Assembly (NCBI RefSeq): GCF_009914755.1
Contig: NC_060933.1
DNA from: the human T2T-CHM13v2.0 reference genome, Homo sapiens
DNA: 64,000 bases
Reading direction: 5' to 3' (one strand)
Of the stretch, positions 14,871 to 32,035 are shown piece by piece (within the stretch, counting starts at the first letter, position 1; every line of letters begins with the position of its first letter). A model generated the notes under the pieces. The model saw only the letters and a program-made list of their open reading frames with translations. It ran no database searches and was not told the origin of the DNA. A program made the position numbers and the translations under genes.

Positions 14871-15575
14871 AACTCCCCATATTCTTTCAGTCTTCCATCT
14901 CCCATTTTTTTCTGTCTTTCTTTTCCTTTTTCAGTTTCACATTTTCCTTGAAAAACACTGAAAAGAACATAAAAAAAGCAAACGCTATACACCATCCTAT
15001 TTCCCTTAAAAACAGTAACATCTCTTTCACAGTCCATTCAACCTCAAAGGTAACCACTGCGGACAATTTACTATGTGTCCTTCCTGATTTTTATAGGATA
15101 ATTTATACAGACATAACTATACATAGACACATTAAAAATGGCCTCAGATTATATACAGTGGTCTGTGACTTGTTTTTCTTCATTTAAGAATAGATTAGGA
15201 TTATCTAGCAATGGCTTTCCAAGTAGATCTATCTCAGTTTTATCTTAGTTTAAAAAGACCTCTCAAGCACATCTGGTAAGAGCCAATGTCTCTATGACAT
15301 GATGCCAAGGAGGGCCAGGGGTTCAGGCACCCTCTGCAGCGACAAGGTGGCCTAGGTGGGGACTCCTGGTGCAGCTGGCTTTGCTTGTGCAAATGGCAGC
15401 CCCTGCAGTACCTGTGCGTGGCCATCCCCTTTGACTCCTCCGAAAAATATTAATGTCCAGGCATCCTCCATAGAGATGCTAATGCAGCAGGACCCAGGGG
15501 GAGGCCCCAGCCTCTATATGGAATAAACAAAACCAAGCAACACTCTACAGGATTCTGAGGCACAGTCAGGATTTA

Positions 15576-15947
<372 letters not shown>

Positions 15948-16229
15948 TCAGGTCAGCTTGGAGACTTATAAGATAAAAGTGGACCTGCTGGCCAACCAGA
16001 AAATGGGGTCACTGGATGATGTAGGTGTTTCATATGGGGTCTAGTCTGTTTGTAAATTCATCCAGCCAACATCCACTAAGCATCTACTATGTGCCGGATA
16101 CCATGTATAGAACTGGGGGTATAAGTCAAACAATACATGATCTCTGTACTCAGGCCCTCAGATTCAGTCATATGAGTGTAGGAGGTGGAGCAAGCAATCA
16201 ATAGAGTACAGTATGTCATCGTCGTCTTC

Positions 16230-16537
16230 TTTTTTTTTTTTTTTTTTTTTTTTTTTGAGACAGGGTCTCTCTCTGTTTCCCAGGCTGTAGTGCAGTGGAA
16301 TGATCATGGCTCACTGCAGCCTTGACCCCCTGGGCTCAAGAGATCCTCCCACCTTAGCTTCCTGAGCAGCTAGGACTACAGGCGTGCACCATCACACCCA
16401 GCTAATTTTTAATTTTTTTTTTGGAGATGGGGTCTTGCTATGTTGCCCAGGCTGGTCTTAAACTTCTGGGCTCAAACGATCCACACACCTCAGCCTCCCA
16501 AAGTGCTGGGATTACAGGCACGAGTCACTGCACCAGG
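16230..16537 (-). mobile_element. Alu (AluJ-like)
   Basis: Long poly-T followed by a reverse Alu body. Confidence 0.92.
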
Positions 16538-16812
16538 CAGTATGTCCTGTTAAATGTGTCAAACTTCAGTTCAAATTCCAGCCTTGCCACCACAAATGTG
16601 TGATCTTGGACAGGTTACTTAAATTCTCTGAGCCCCATTTTTCCTAGCTGAAAGAAGTGCATAACTACGGGGCCTACCTCATGGTGAAGTTGACAGGATG
16701 AAATGTTCCATGTTTCTGTAGGTACCACCATCTGTGGCACTGTGCACAATAAAGGGGAATTGTTTGTGTCCATCCTGTGTGTGCATCACTGGGGTGATAC
16801 TGATTTCCCTTA

Positions 16813-17196
<384 letters not shown>

Positions 17197-17829
17197 TTAC
17201 AGGGAAACCACACAGACTGAGTTAGAAATGAATTGGTTCATTTCAGCAAGTAGCAGTTGTATATCTTCTCCCAGCTAGCTCTGGGATCAATACTGAAATG
17301 AACGAGGCCAGCTCCTGTCCTAAAAGAACTCACAAGCTCATCCATGCCCAACTTTAAAACAAGTGATGATAAATGCATAAGCACAGTGCTGAGGGAACAT
17401 GTCAGTGTTACACTCTGATTAAAAAAATTATTTTTTAATGGGCCATTTTCTTTCTTTTTACTTCTGTCCATTTATTTCTTCAAAAGGTAATGTTTGTACC
17501 TAATGATGGACAGCACTACCCTTTTTGCTGAAAGGATAAGGACATCCTAGATTTTTATTTGCATATATGACAGTAACCACATGAACAAAAGATGGCAAAT
17601 GGATAATTTATCTCAAGTTTCTGAATACCTATTAGATGCATTTCTGAAGTAGTTCTGGCCTTTAGACCTGTCATCACTTGTAAACACTCATGAATAGATT
17701 TTGATTACTAGAATTTATGTGCTTCCTTGGTTTTCAGGTTAGTATTTCAAATAGGATTTTTTTTTGTTTGCATTGCAGATATAACCTCATGGTGGAATTT
17801 TCAAAGGTGCTGTGAGCAACCCTTATGAC

Positions 17830-18015
17830 ACATTATATATATATATTATTATATATATATAATATATACATACTATAGTATGTAGTATATATAGTATTAC
17901 ACATTATATATACTATATATTTATAGTATATATATATTATATATAGTATATATATTATGTGTATATACACTATATATTATTTTATATATATACTATATAT
18001 GTAGCATATATATAA
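17830..18015. repeat. AT-rich (TA)n-derived low-complexity tract
   Basis: About 185 bp of degenerate TATATA/TATAG repeats. Confidence 0.92.
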
Positions 18016-18068
18016 TGGGTAATAAAGAGAATAAATCATTGACACTAATAATTTGGACAAACACTTAC

Positions 18069-18098
18069 CTCCATTCCCAGCAGTTTCAAGGCTTTGGG
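18069..18098 (-). CDS. TRPM3: TRPM3 alternative microexon (~exon 17), 30 nt: PKALKLLGME (G-beta-gamma-binding segment)
   Basis: ttttttttaacag|CCC ... GAG|gtaagt (consensus donor). Ten codons that bridge FGPKR to DDIPL. Confidence 0.94.
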
Positions 18099-18176
18099 CT
18101 GTTAAAAAAAACGTTGTGAACAAAGTTAGATCAGTTAGATCTTTCTTTCATAAAGGTAAGAAGAGTCCTATTATAT

Positions 18177-18490
18177 ATTTTTTGTTTTGTTTTGTTTTGT
18201 TTTTATTGAGACAAGGTCTCACTTTGTCACCTGAGTTGGAGTGTAGAGGCATGATCATGGTTCACTGCAGCCTCAACCTCCCGGGCTCAAGTGATTCTCC
18301 TACTTCAGTGCCCCACGTAGCTGAGAGTACAGGTGCATGTTACCACGCTTGGCTAAGTTTTAAAAATGTTTTGTAGAGATGGGGTCTCACTATGTTGCCA
18401 GGCTGGTCTCAAGCTCTTGGGCTCAAGTGGTCCTCCCACCTCAGCCTCCCAAAGTACTGGGATTATAGGCATGAGCCACCACACCCAGCC
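18177..18490 (-). mobile_element. Alu (AluJ-like), 16-bp TSD AAGAGTCCTATTATAT
   Basis: TSD at 18161-18176 and 18494-18509. Confidence 0.92.
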
Positions 18491-18792
18491 TCCAAGAGTC
18501 CTATTATATTTTAAACAGGTAATAGAAGAACACTATTGTACCATATGGCGTTTATTTTATTTTGCTAAATAAAACACCACAAGAAGAACTGATTTATAGA
18601 AATTCCAAGAGAATTTTGGATTCGGTGATTTTAATGAATCTACAGAAAATGAGGAAACTAGCCAGGCATAATGAGATTGCCTGAGAATAGAGCCTGCAGG
18701 TTTATAATGTCTTTTGTGAACCAAGATTTCTTTCACCTTCCATAACCATCTTGTTTGGGTGACACCTTCACAACATGTAGTATTTGAACAAG

Positions 18793-19153
18793 TGCTTTGG
18801 TCTGAATGTTTTTGCCTCCCAAATTCATATGTTGATATTCTAATTCCAAAGGTGATGGTATTAGGGGGGACACTTTCTGGGAGGTGATTAGATCAAGAGA
18901 GAAGAAACCTCAGGAATGGGATTAGTACCCTTATAAAAGAGGCTCAATGCAGCTCATTCACCCTTCTACTGGATGAGGACACAGTGACAAGGTGTCACTA
19001 TGAATGAGGAAGCAGGCTCTCACCAGACACTAAATCTGCTCGTCCCTAGATATTGGATTTCCTACCCTCCAGAACTGTGAGAAATGAATTTCTGTTGTTA
19101 TAAGACATCCTGCTGATGGTATTTTGTCGTAGCAGCCTGAATAGACGAAGACA
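18793..19153 (+). mobile_element. MLT1A-like MaLR solo LTR
   Basis: TGCT.TGGTCTGAATGTTT...CCCTTATAAAAGAGGC...CCAGAACTGTGAGAAAT...AAGACA. Confidence 0.8.
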
Positions 19154-19903
19154 AATGAACAAGGAAACCTTCTATCAAGCAGAATGAATCATGTATTTCT
19201 CAAACCTCTGAAGAGCCTCTATTATCTGGAGACCTGGGGTATTATTCAGAAATATATTAATATGTTTAGATTCTTTATGCTGGCCGTTTCCCTGTGCTGC
19301 TGCACATCAGGGCAAGGGCGAGTGGGGCCAGAGGGCCTGTGCTGATGGTGGCAAAGGTGCTTAATAGCATGGAAAGTGTCAGCACACAGGAAGCATCATT
19401 GGCCATGCTGGGAATGTGCAAAACAGGCACAGGCTGAGTCGGAGAGAAAAGGCAACTCAGAAGAACACAGACCCTGATCTATATTTACCAGGAGGTAATA
19501 CAAAATTACATCTCTGGGGCCAGGAATAACAATTTTAAGCTTTTAAATATTTCAGAATGGTTGGGCACCATCTTGAAAGTTATTTGAGTAAATGGTAAGT
19601 GTACAGCACTTACAGTTCCTCCAAATTGTATTTGGCTATTCATGTTAGAACAGCTCAAACCGAATCTCTCTCTCTCTCATTTTTCTCTCTCTCTTTCAGC
19701 TTCTAAAATGACTACTAGGCTAATATCTATTTCATTTTTTTCTTATTTATAGTTACTGGTATTTTTTTAAAAATTCTGTTATATATATTTTTTCATTTTC
19801 AAACAAATCCCTGTTGTTAAATTTTAGGTATTTTCAAAGTTCTTTACTAGTTCCACAAAATGCTTTCAGAATCAGAAAAAAACTTTGTTAAATATAAAAA
19901 TCA

Positions 19904-20225
<322 letters not shown>

Positions 20226-20231
20226 CTAGAG

Positions 20232-22154
<1,923 letters not shown>

Positions 22155-22304
22155 CTATCAGGGTAGAATGAAACAAACAGACAAATCCAAAAGACAACGT
22201 GGTTTACTAGGGATTCTAGTTCACGTATTCTGTAACTAGAGTAAAAAAAAAATAATGAAAAAAGAAACATATGAATGTATTATTATGCTGGTTAATTAAT
22301 TCAC

Positions 22305-22340
22305 CTTAAAATAGATCCAACCGAAACCTGGATACTCTCG
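22305..22340 (-). CDS. TRPM3: TRPM3 alternative cassette exon (~exon 15), 36 nt: REYPGFGWIYFK
   Basis: tctttccaag|CGA ... AAG|gtgaat. Peptide recognised as the 12-aa insertion of some TRPM3 isoforms; 150-nt intron to the next exon. Confidence 0.9.
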
Positions 22341-24087
22341 CTTGGAAAGAAGACATAAGTTAAATAAGAAGATGCAGTAATCGTCGGCAATAATAGAAAA
22401 TCAAAATATTTATTCAAGTCTTCAGCTGGGGAGAAAAAAACACCAGTGTAGAAGAAAGAAACACAAGGCTAGACAGGGCAAATGCTATCACTCCCAGGCA
22501 CTAGGAACTAGGTTTCCCCAGATGCTCCCCAAGCCCGCATTTCTGCCTCTGACCCAGGCCTGTTACCACTCTCTTGATATCATTTGGTTTCTACCACCCT
22601 TTAAAGGAAGGCTCCTTTCAGAAGATGAGTGTCATTACCAGAGCCTCCATCAGCTGGGATTTTAGGACTCGGGTCTCCTTTAATACAAAACCTCTATCCA
22701 TAATTTTAAAAAATTGACACTTTTTTCATAAAAGAAGAGCAATATTTAGGGAGGGGATTTTGGGTGTCAGAATGAGGTTGTATATGAACATCCCTTGCAT
22801 TTAAAGAGAAGGGGGAGAGAAATTGGAGGAGACATTTTTATCAATGGAGTATTTATTTTTCTAGAATTAAGGAGATTTTCATTTTTTCTTTTAAAGAGAG
22901 TAACATTTCTTAAAGATCTAGAGTTATGGTGTCTTTTTTAGCTGTTTGCCATCTATACATGCAAAAATAGTAAAGATTTTCTTATTATTTACTCACTACT
23001 GCTTTCTACTTCTAAAGTTTAGGTTCTTAAGAAAATTTTTGCTGTTAGGTCAAGGGAGAGTTAGTTCCATTTGTGAGAAAGTCTGAGTGCATAGTGAATT
23101 CCAAAGGTCATGATTAATCCACTCTCACTGCCTGGTGTAGCTCCTTCTTGCGGGAGAGCGCTCTATACCATGAATGGCTGGGTGTCACACTGCTTAGGAA
23201 GCCTCATGCCCTTAGATCTATTTGGGACAGACACAAGGGGCTCCATCCACTTTTGTCCTTAATGAAGGACCCACCCAGGATGCTGTGTGAGATTTCTGCC
23301 ACTTCACAGAAGACGTGCATTATGTATAGTGGTGGTTTTCCAACTTTGGTGGCATCAGAATACCCTGGGGAACTTGGTGACATTACAAACGGCTGGACTT
23401 TGTCTCACCTACTTCAATGTATCGGGGCCTCTGTGGCCTTTCCTAGCTCCTCAGGTGATTCTGATGCACACTCAAGTTTGTCAAACTGCTTGTCTACTCA
23501 GTAAGTTTCTGGTGGTAGTGGTAGATTAGGCAGCAGAACTGGGAAATTCATAGTGTCAAAAGTTAATTGCTTTCAGTCAGAAATTAATTAAAATTTTTTT
23601 GCTAACCTGAGGGTAGGTTTTCAGTTGTCCTTACTCAGCTTTTCTATGGGCAACTGTATCCATTTGAAGGTTTTGGGATTCAGGATTAGAGGTATCCCGC
23701 TGCATCCTATCATTAAACCTATAGCTTTACATGTTTCTTGTTTGATTTATCTTTATATCCTGAGAGCCTCTTATAATATGCCTGGCATATGGTGGGCACT
23801 CAGAGTGTTTTTGTTGAAAATGTAAACCAGTAAAACAGTGAAATTAATTGATGTTGTTGGGATCAAGTCTGGGTTTGGGTTTTTGAGTATTATGTTCTCA
23901 GTAACAAAACCAAGTAGCCACAATCTTGTTAGTCATCCCTGGTTGGAATAGCCCTAGTTCACTATGGAAATTTGCTCTGAAATACAGGTAATGCTGTATC
24001 TGGAATTCAGTGGCTATCCTCAATGGAGTGAGAACAAATAGATAGTAATTGAAGCACCAGCCTCAGGCATATAAGACTCCATTGCTG

Positions 24088-24407
<320 letters not shown>

Positions 24408-25373
24408 TAGACTTCTTGCTGTCCCCAGAATTAGCTCCCACCCCATCCCACTGTGTTCTACCTCTCCCTTGGCTTGGGGTACATGGTAGGCTTGGGCATC
24501 TAACTGGAGCCAGCCAGGCAAAATGGGGCTGTGTGAAGGGCATCATATATGAGGTGGAACATTTTGAGACACAGACCCCTTCCGTCCTTGACCTTGGCCC
24601 TCCACAGCCTAATCTGGCATCCATTTGATGAGCTGAATAGTCCCCTCACAAAAATGACCTCTACCCTCCTCAGAATTTCAAAATCTCCTTTGTTTGAAGA
24701 TTATCTTTATCCATCTAACTGAATCAGCAAGCTAAGCTATCCTCAGGCTAAAAAAGACCAATTGTCTGACTTCTTTATGCAAAGCATGGCAAAAAATATT
24801 AAAAAGGGAGCTCAGAGAAAGTTTTAAGATAGTAACTTTTCATGTATTAGCCTTCCCATAAAACTAAACTGAGTTTAAAAATAGTACTAATGCAACCACT
24901 TTTCTCCATTATTTTGGGGCAGGCTAACAAGGCCACAGTTTCTGTATCCTTTGGCTTTCCTGGACTGTTAGGCGAGGCTGTTATTTAAAGAGTAGAAGAG
25001 TCTCAGAGACTGGACTGGCCTGGGTAAGCCTCATTCATAGCCACAGGGCTCCTATGGGGATGACCGCCCGAGGATGCCCACCCATCGTGTCATTTTCCCT
25101 GGCAGGGTGAGGAGGAAGCACACCAGTTTCCAGTCAGCTGCCCCGGGCTTCTATCTGTCCTTTGGCCAGCAGACACTTTCCCTTAAGCTCTCAGATTTCT
25201 TTCCAGTGAAAGGGGTTTGCACTCCATGGCCTTTATGGTCTGCAGTGTTCAAAGGCCAGGTTTCAGGAAAATCCTCAAAGGACTTTTTGTGATGCTATAA
25301 AAAGGCAATCAGAGCAGATCTATAAATTTGTGCCTAGTTTTAATCTTGTAGGAATTCAAAAAATTTTAAGTGT

Positions 25374-25661
25374 GGGCTCACACCTGTAATCCTAGCACTT
25401 TGGGAGGCCAAGGTGGGTGGATTGCCTGAGCTCAGGAGTTTGAGACCAGCCTGGGCAACATGGTGAAACCCCGTCTGTACTAAAATACAAAAAATTAGTG
25501 GGGCATGGTGGCATGCACCTGTAGTCTCAGCTACTCAGGAGGCTGAGGCAGAATCGCTTGAACCCGGGAGGCAGATGTTGAAGTGAGCCGAGATTGCACC
25601 ACTGCATTACCATCTGGGCGACAGAGCAAGACTCTGTCTTAAAAAAAAAAAAAAAAAAAAA
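25374..25661 (+). mobile_element. Alu, slightly 5'-truncated
   Basis: GGCTCACACCTGTAATCC...poly-A. Confidence 0.92.
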
Positions 25662-26034
25662 TTAAAATGTGGGTAATACCAAGCCTAACACCTATGTATT
25701 TTGCTTTGAGAAACTTAGGTGTAAGCATCAGTTAGAATTCTAAAAATAAGACACCAATATTGCTTGAAGACCAATACTGAAAGGGAATATTTATGCTTTC
25801 AAGGTGTCTTTGGGAGTTGTCAGGAAAGTGATTATAGTAAAATTCAAAATCAATAAACATTTAAGGGGCAAATAGAACATTTTTAGAAAATGGCTATATC
25901 CATAAAGGACTTTTAGCGGTATATATTGGCAAGCAAGCAGGTGCTGGGATCGTCTCATATAAAGCTTGATTCTTTCAGAATGATTTATGTTTGGTCAGCC
26001 CTGAAGGAGGATAAATGATTCTGTGACCAGTGCC

Positions 26035-26058
26035 GGGGGGGGGGGGCGGGGGGGGGGG
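26035..26058 (+). repeat. G12-C-G11 poly-G tract (G-quadruplex-forming)
   Basis: Read directly from the sequence. Confidence 0.9.
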
Positions 26059-26071
26059 CCTGCGTTCTGTT

Positions 26072-26457
<386 letters not shown>

Positions 26458-29042
26458 TATAAAACATGTATGGTATATATATGTTTTATATGTACTATAA
26501 GGCCATATAAACAAACCCAGAGTGGATGAAGGATTAGGCGCTAAGGAATGAGTCAGATGCTCTCCTGTAAGTGATATTTGGAGGAGTGAAAATTTAACAA
26601 GTAATGTGTTTGCATTCAGCCTGCAAGGCTGGATCTCATCTGTTTCTTCACAGAGATTTTAGGGAGCAAAGAAGTTAGGGAATTACTTTTACCTTTCTTA
26701 CTAGGAAGAGTGGAAACCTTCTTCGGGAGGAAGAAATCGGTTTTATAACATGAATAAAATTGAGTACAATTTAGGCCCCTTGGGATAGGTGTCCTGCGTG
26801 GACTCTGAGGGGGATGGCAGCCTCAGTGCATGATACTAAGCTGGGCCAATGGCCTTGACCACTGGGACCTGTGGATGTCACAGATGATGCATTTGCATTG
26901 CTTCTCCTAGGATGGGTATTGCCAGGTAGAGGGGAACTTATGGATACTCATTCAGGAGCAGCCAGCAACATGACCCCATAGAGGAAACAGCTCTGGGTTG
27001 GGCCATGGTCCTGACCCCAAGTGACCCTGGCCAGATCACTTCCTGTCTCTGTACCTCGGTTTATGCTGTGAAAATAGGTGGCTTGGACACAATAACTTCT
27101 AAGATTCTGTCTATTTCTAAAAATCCAACTGTATGACCACTACTTGGCAGGCTGTTCTTACTCCTTTCGGCCCACTGGCCAAAGACCCTGTTCAGAGCTT
27201 CCAAGGTTGATGTAGCTTCCAGTGATCCCCTGGAGTTTGGTTAGTGGAACCAGAGGCTTGTAGACAAGGGATGGTAAAAGGATAGATGGGGATGGGGTGG
27301 TGCTCAGTGCATCCAGCTCCTCTGGAAAAAGCAGAGAAGGTGAGCAGTACCTCACATGCCAACAGGTAAAGTCCAAACACCTTCTGGAGGAGACTTCCTT
27401 TGCTTGGGTCCTTTTCAAATTAGAAGTCAAAAAGGATACTGGAGGAACAGTCATTCTGCCTGCTGTTTCTGTTCTAGCACTTCCCCCTCCCCCTTCGGTA
27501 ATGACTTTGGTAATTGGTAAAGCCTGAACTATTATTTCCCATTTCATGCCTTAACAGTGGGAGGTCATGTGATTCAAGTAATTTGCTAGACAGGCTTGGG
27601 TTCTATGAGTAGGTACGATTTGACAACTTGAAAATGTTGTCTTCTTTTTTCATGCTATGAACTGCTAACCTGAAGCTAAGGTTTACTTCGTGCCATGCAT
27701 AAGGAAACCTTTTAATTAAAAGCATAGTTTAAATTCACTTATTAGATCTGCTCTTCAAAATGGTTGGGGTTTTTCAGATGTCAGCTCACCATATCACTAT
27801 CAGATCTCAACTGTTTAGGAAAACTGTCTTCCTTTGAAACTCATAACAAGCCTTCAAAACAAGATTGGTTCCTTCTGAGATACATAAGATATAAAATGAT
27901 TGCGGTTGTCAGGTTTACCAAGGAAGTGTGAAGAAAAGACTCCCCTGGGACAGCTTGTATAATAAAGAAAAGCGGACTGCAGTTGGTGTGAGTAATCACC
28001 CGGTAGGGGCTTCATCTGGTGAGAGCTCAGGGGAAAAGAGGACATCACCCCAATGTACAGCCCCTTAACATGGCAATATATCGGGCAACCAATCCTCTGA
28101 AATATAATAATGCTTTTGCAAATTTCCATGCATTTAGCAGATGGGATTATGCAAATGTCCTTTCCTTACCCAAAGTGTGTCTGAAATGCCTTTTTTTTTT
28201 TTTTTTTTATTCTGAAAAGCTCTGGGTCTTAATTCCCATGTAAATGAACTTTAAATTATCATAATTTCACCACTACTTCCACATAACACTCAAATAGCAT
28301 CCTCTTTTGGTGGGGAAGGATAGTATAGGTAATTTGAAGTATTAGCACATTTAAGAAAGGAAAAAACTACTTTAAAACGTACAGAGGCACAAAGTGAGCA
28401 GACAGCTACTAAAATGGCAGGTTATATTCCACAGAAAAGCAGACAGACTTGGGCCACTCTGGTTTAATATGAGAGCATTGGTACATTCAATGGATTTATG
28501 CATGAAAATAGTTCAGGGAACTGGGTTGGTTTAAAACAATTTAAATTTCTGATTAATGCTGAAGTGCCACTCTTTTTACCTCATTGCTCCTAGATTGTTC
28601 CCTTGATATAAATAATTTGAGATTTCAAAACAAGCTTGGGAGCAATTCCCCACATTCAGTTCTGTTGGTCTCAAAGAAGAGGTAAACTGGAGATGTCATG
28701 CTGATTGACTTATGATGGTCTGATAATTCCTCAATGCATTCCTTTGGTTCTTAAGAGTTATTTACATATAGTTTTACAGATGTATTATCAAACACTATGC
28801 TTAAGGTCTAGGACTGTGTTCCTAACTCATGAATAGCGTTTTGTACCAGAGTTAATAACTTATTCATTAATTTTGTCCAGGTTAAATATATATGCACACA
28901 TATATTTCCCCCCATAATTGTAAAGAAGAAAGCACACATTAATTATTATTATTTTCTTTAATTTTGAAAATTGCTTTAAGTTCCCAAGATTTTCTTAGCA
29001 TTTTAACTCTAGTTTTGTAGCCTTTGATTATCCTATTGGCCT

Positions 29043-29120
29043 AAATTGCTAGAAGTCACTTGAAACCACCTGAAAGTCACCTGAAACCACCTGAAAATTG
29101 CTGAAAGTCACCTGAGAAAG
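29043..29120. repeat. Degenerate 10-11-bp tandem repeat (AAA[G]YCACCTG)n
   Basis: Seven related units; CACCTG at 29067, 29078, 29088 and 29109. Confidence 0.85.
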
Positions 29121-30950
29121 TTGTGCACCAATGTTAACTTCTCCCTTATTCACTTCTTCCCCAAACACAAAACAAACAAAAGTCTTCATTTTCAGCTCCC
29201 TTAATCCATATAACATAAAATGTAGGCCTTGTGACTCCTGTGACTACCATTGTTCATCTTTCTTGCTCTCCCATCATCAGATACTTACCTTAGTCCTGGA
29301 AATAATGCATTCTGCATTTCCTGCTTCTACTTTTTCCCAAGGGAAGAAATTAAACATTGGCTTTCTGTGTCTCCCTGTCTTATTGGCAGTCTCTTTTTCC
29401 AGGTAAAAGGATAAATTATTTCTAGACCAGTTCAGTACTATTCTTGGTCATTTGTTATCATTTTTTCCAGTTACTAAATTTGCAAGTAAATGGTAACTGC
29501 ATGCTTATATAATGATTTTCTTGCTCTAATATTTGGATCATACTTAAAAGGAAAAAAAAAGCTGCTTTTATTCCTTCTTCCTCCCAAATTCTTACCATCC
29601 TGTTCTTTCTTGTTAGTCTATATTATTTTTCAGGTACATCTTTAGCTGAGAAGCTACAAAAAACCCTACCTTAGAGATACTTTACATGCCTTCTAATCAT
29701 ACAAGTGACGTGAGCAAATGCAAAAGGCAGCTCAAGGGATTTCAGAAAAGAGAAAACAATATTGCAAAGCAGAGTCCTATGGGGAAAAGAAAGTAATGAG
29801 AGGGATTTTAATAATTTATACTCAGTGAAATCTAACTGCAAAAATCCCTTTGAAAATTAGACAAGACCTTATTGCTGGGAGGCTGGGTCATTGAATTGGA
29901 TGAGCGACTCTTTTTAAAGGTTTGGGTTGGTGATGACTGGGATTGAGGGACAAAGGCATAGCTGTCTCTTTAGAAAACCTCACAATTCCTTCAGGGACAG
30001 AGATTAACTTAAGGTGAAGGAGAGAATACTCCAAGTCATTACTTTAGAAAAACTCAAAACATTTGGTTGAACATGAGCAACAACTATCTCTCTGAAGAAG
30101 ACACATCGAATGTGTCTACTTCTACTCTTCTGAGTTTAGTTTTCAGGCAATTTTAAGCCAGGATGAATTAGACAAAACCGGAAGGTTCAAAGGAAAGAGA
30201 AATGGGTTTGTTGAGGGTAGATCTACTACGATGGCATGGAATGGGTAGACCAGTGAAAGACACAATCTCAGGAAAGTGGTTGTTGAGTTGGGAGTACAGA
30301 TTGCATAGTGTTTTCCCCTCTTGTTTTGAAAAAACTACAGGCTTCACCCACTCAAGTAGATGAAAAATCCTTCATTAAGGTGGTATAGAGATGGGAGGAA
30401 AGTTTGCAAGGGCCAAAGGATGGAGATTTTGATTTTCTGTGTGTTATTTTTATATCCTTTACTCATTCTTAGCAAAGATCCAGCAGGTGAATAGGTACAT
30501 TATAAGTAGCCCCAAGGCCTTTGCTTGGCCTTTCAAAGGAAAAATAAAAAAGTAGTTACAGGATGCCTAAGGGCAATTCTAGCCAATCACTTCCTGTGAG
30601 ATGAAGAAATCATACTGTATTTTTGACTTCACTTTGTAGGTTTCTCTGAATATGTCCTGTGGACTTTGGTGAAGAATTGTTACCAAGTGGCGATAGTGGG
30701 CAAATGTGTGCATACATGTATGGGCACATAGGTATGGGGCGGGGGCAGTGCCATCTTCTGTTTTATTTTTTGGAATTAAAACATCACTTTCTGGGATGGA
30801 TTTAAGGGTTCAGAACTCAAGCTACCTCTGAAGGAGATAATATGGGGCAAAAGAACAACCACTTGGCTAAGATTAAACAGAATCTCCCTATACTTCATTC
30901 TTCTTGTCTTTAAGTGGGAATAAAACTGTATTATAATAATAAAATAATAA

Positions 30951-31239
<289 letters not shown>

Positions 31240-32035
31240 TATAATAATAAAATAATAATTCTATTTCATAGAATTGTTGTGAAGATTAAATGAATTAAGA
31301 TGCACTGAAAGTATGCAGCAATGCTGTGCACCTAGTCATCACTAGCTCATGACTATTATTATTTTATCATTATTAATAAAATGAACTGAACTTTAAACCT
31401 AGCTCTTCACTAAATGCCAATATAGCTCTCATCTCCTTGTAGTTCGGCTTCCTCATCTGTAAAATGAAAATAATTCTACCCGATCCATACCTACCAACAT
31501 TTTTTTCCCATCTAATGAGATGAAAAGTGTGAAAAAATATTCTGGAAAAAATAGAATGTTAGAAGAATGGAATGCATATTTATGTTTTAGTCCCTGTTTT
31601 TAGAAAATTTGGAGCTATGCTTACTACACTCTATGTAATGCTAGATGTGACATTGTATCAGGAGCTGGTGAATGAAGATTTACTCTTGTGGTCAGTCAGG
31701 CAGCTCCCCAAACAGTGAGGGGCATATGGAAAAATACAGGTATGGCATAAATCCACTTGGCACGGGGAAAGCCAAGAGTTCCGCTACCCAAAAGCATTAT
31801 GTCCACCAAAAGCATCTAAAAGCACGGCGATTGGAGATAACACCACAGCTGCATCATGAACAGAAGCATCAGAGTTAAAAGACACATACACACACACACA
31901 CACACACTGTTCTGAAATGAGTGGCGCCTGATAGGGACAGGAATACTCTGGCAGCTCATGCAAAACAGAGGCACTCTCTAATCACAGGAAGCAGTCAAGA
32001 CAGGGCCTCCGACCTGCAGTCGAGAGGGTTCTTAC

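Noticed and set aside
27158-27547. 129-aa minus-strand ORF
   Set aside because: No recognisable domain and not needed to complete the TRPM3 reading frame.
29043-29120. CRISPR-like array
   Set aside because: Units are 10-11 bp with no unique spacers, in a mammalian intron with no cas genes.
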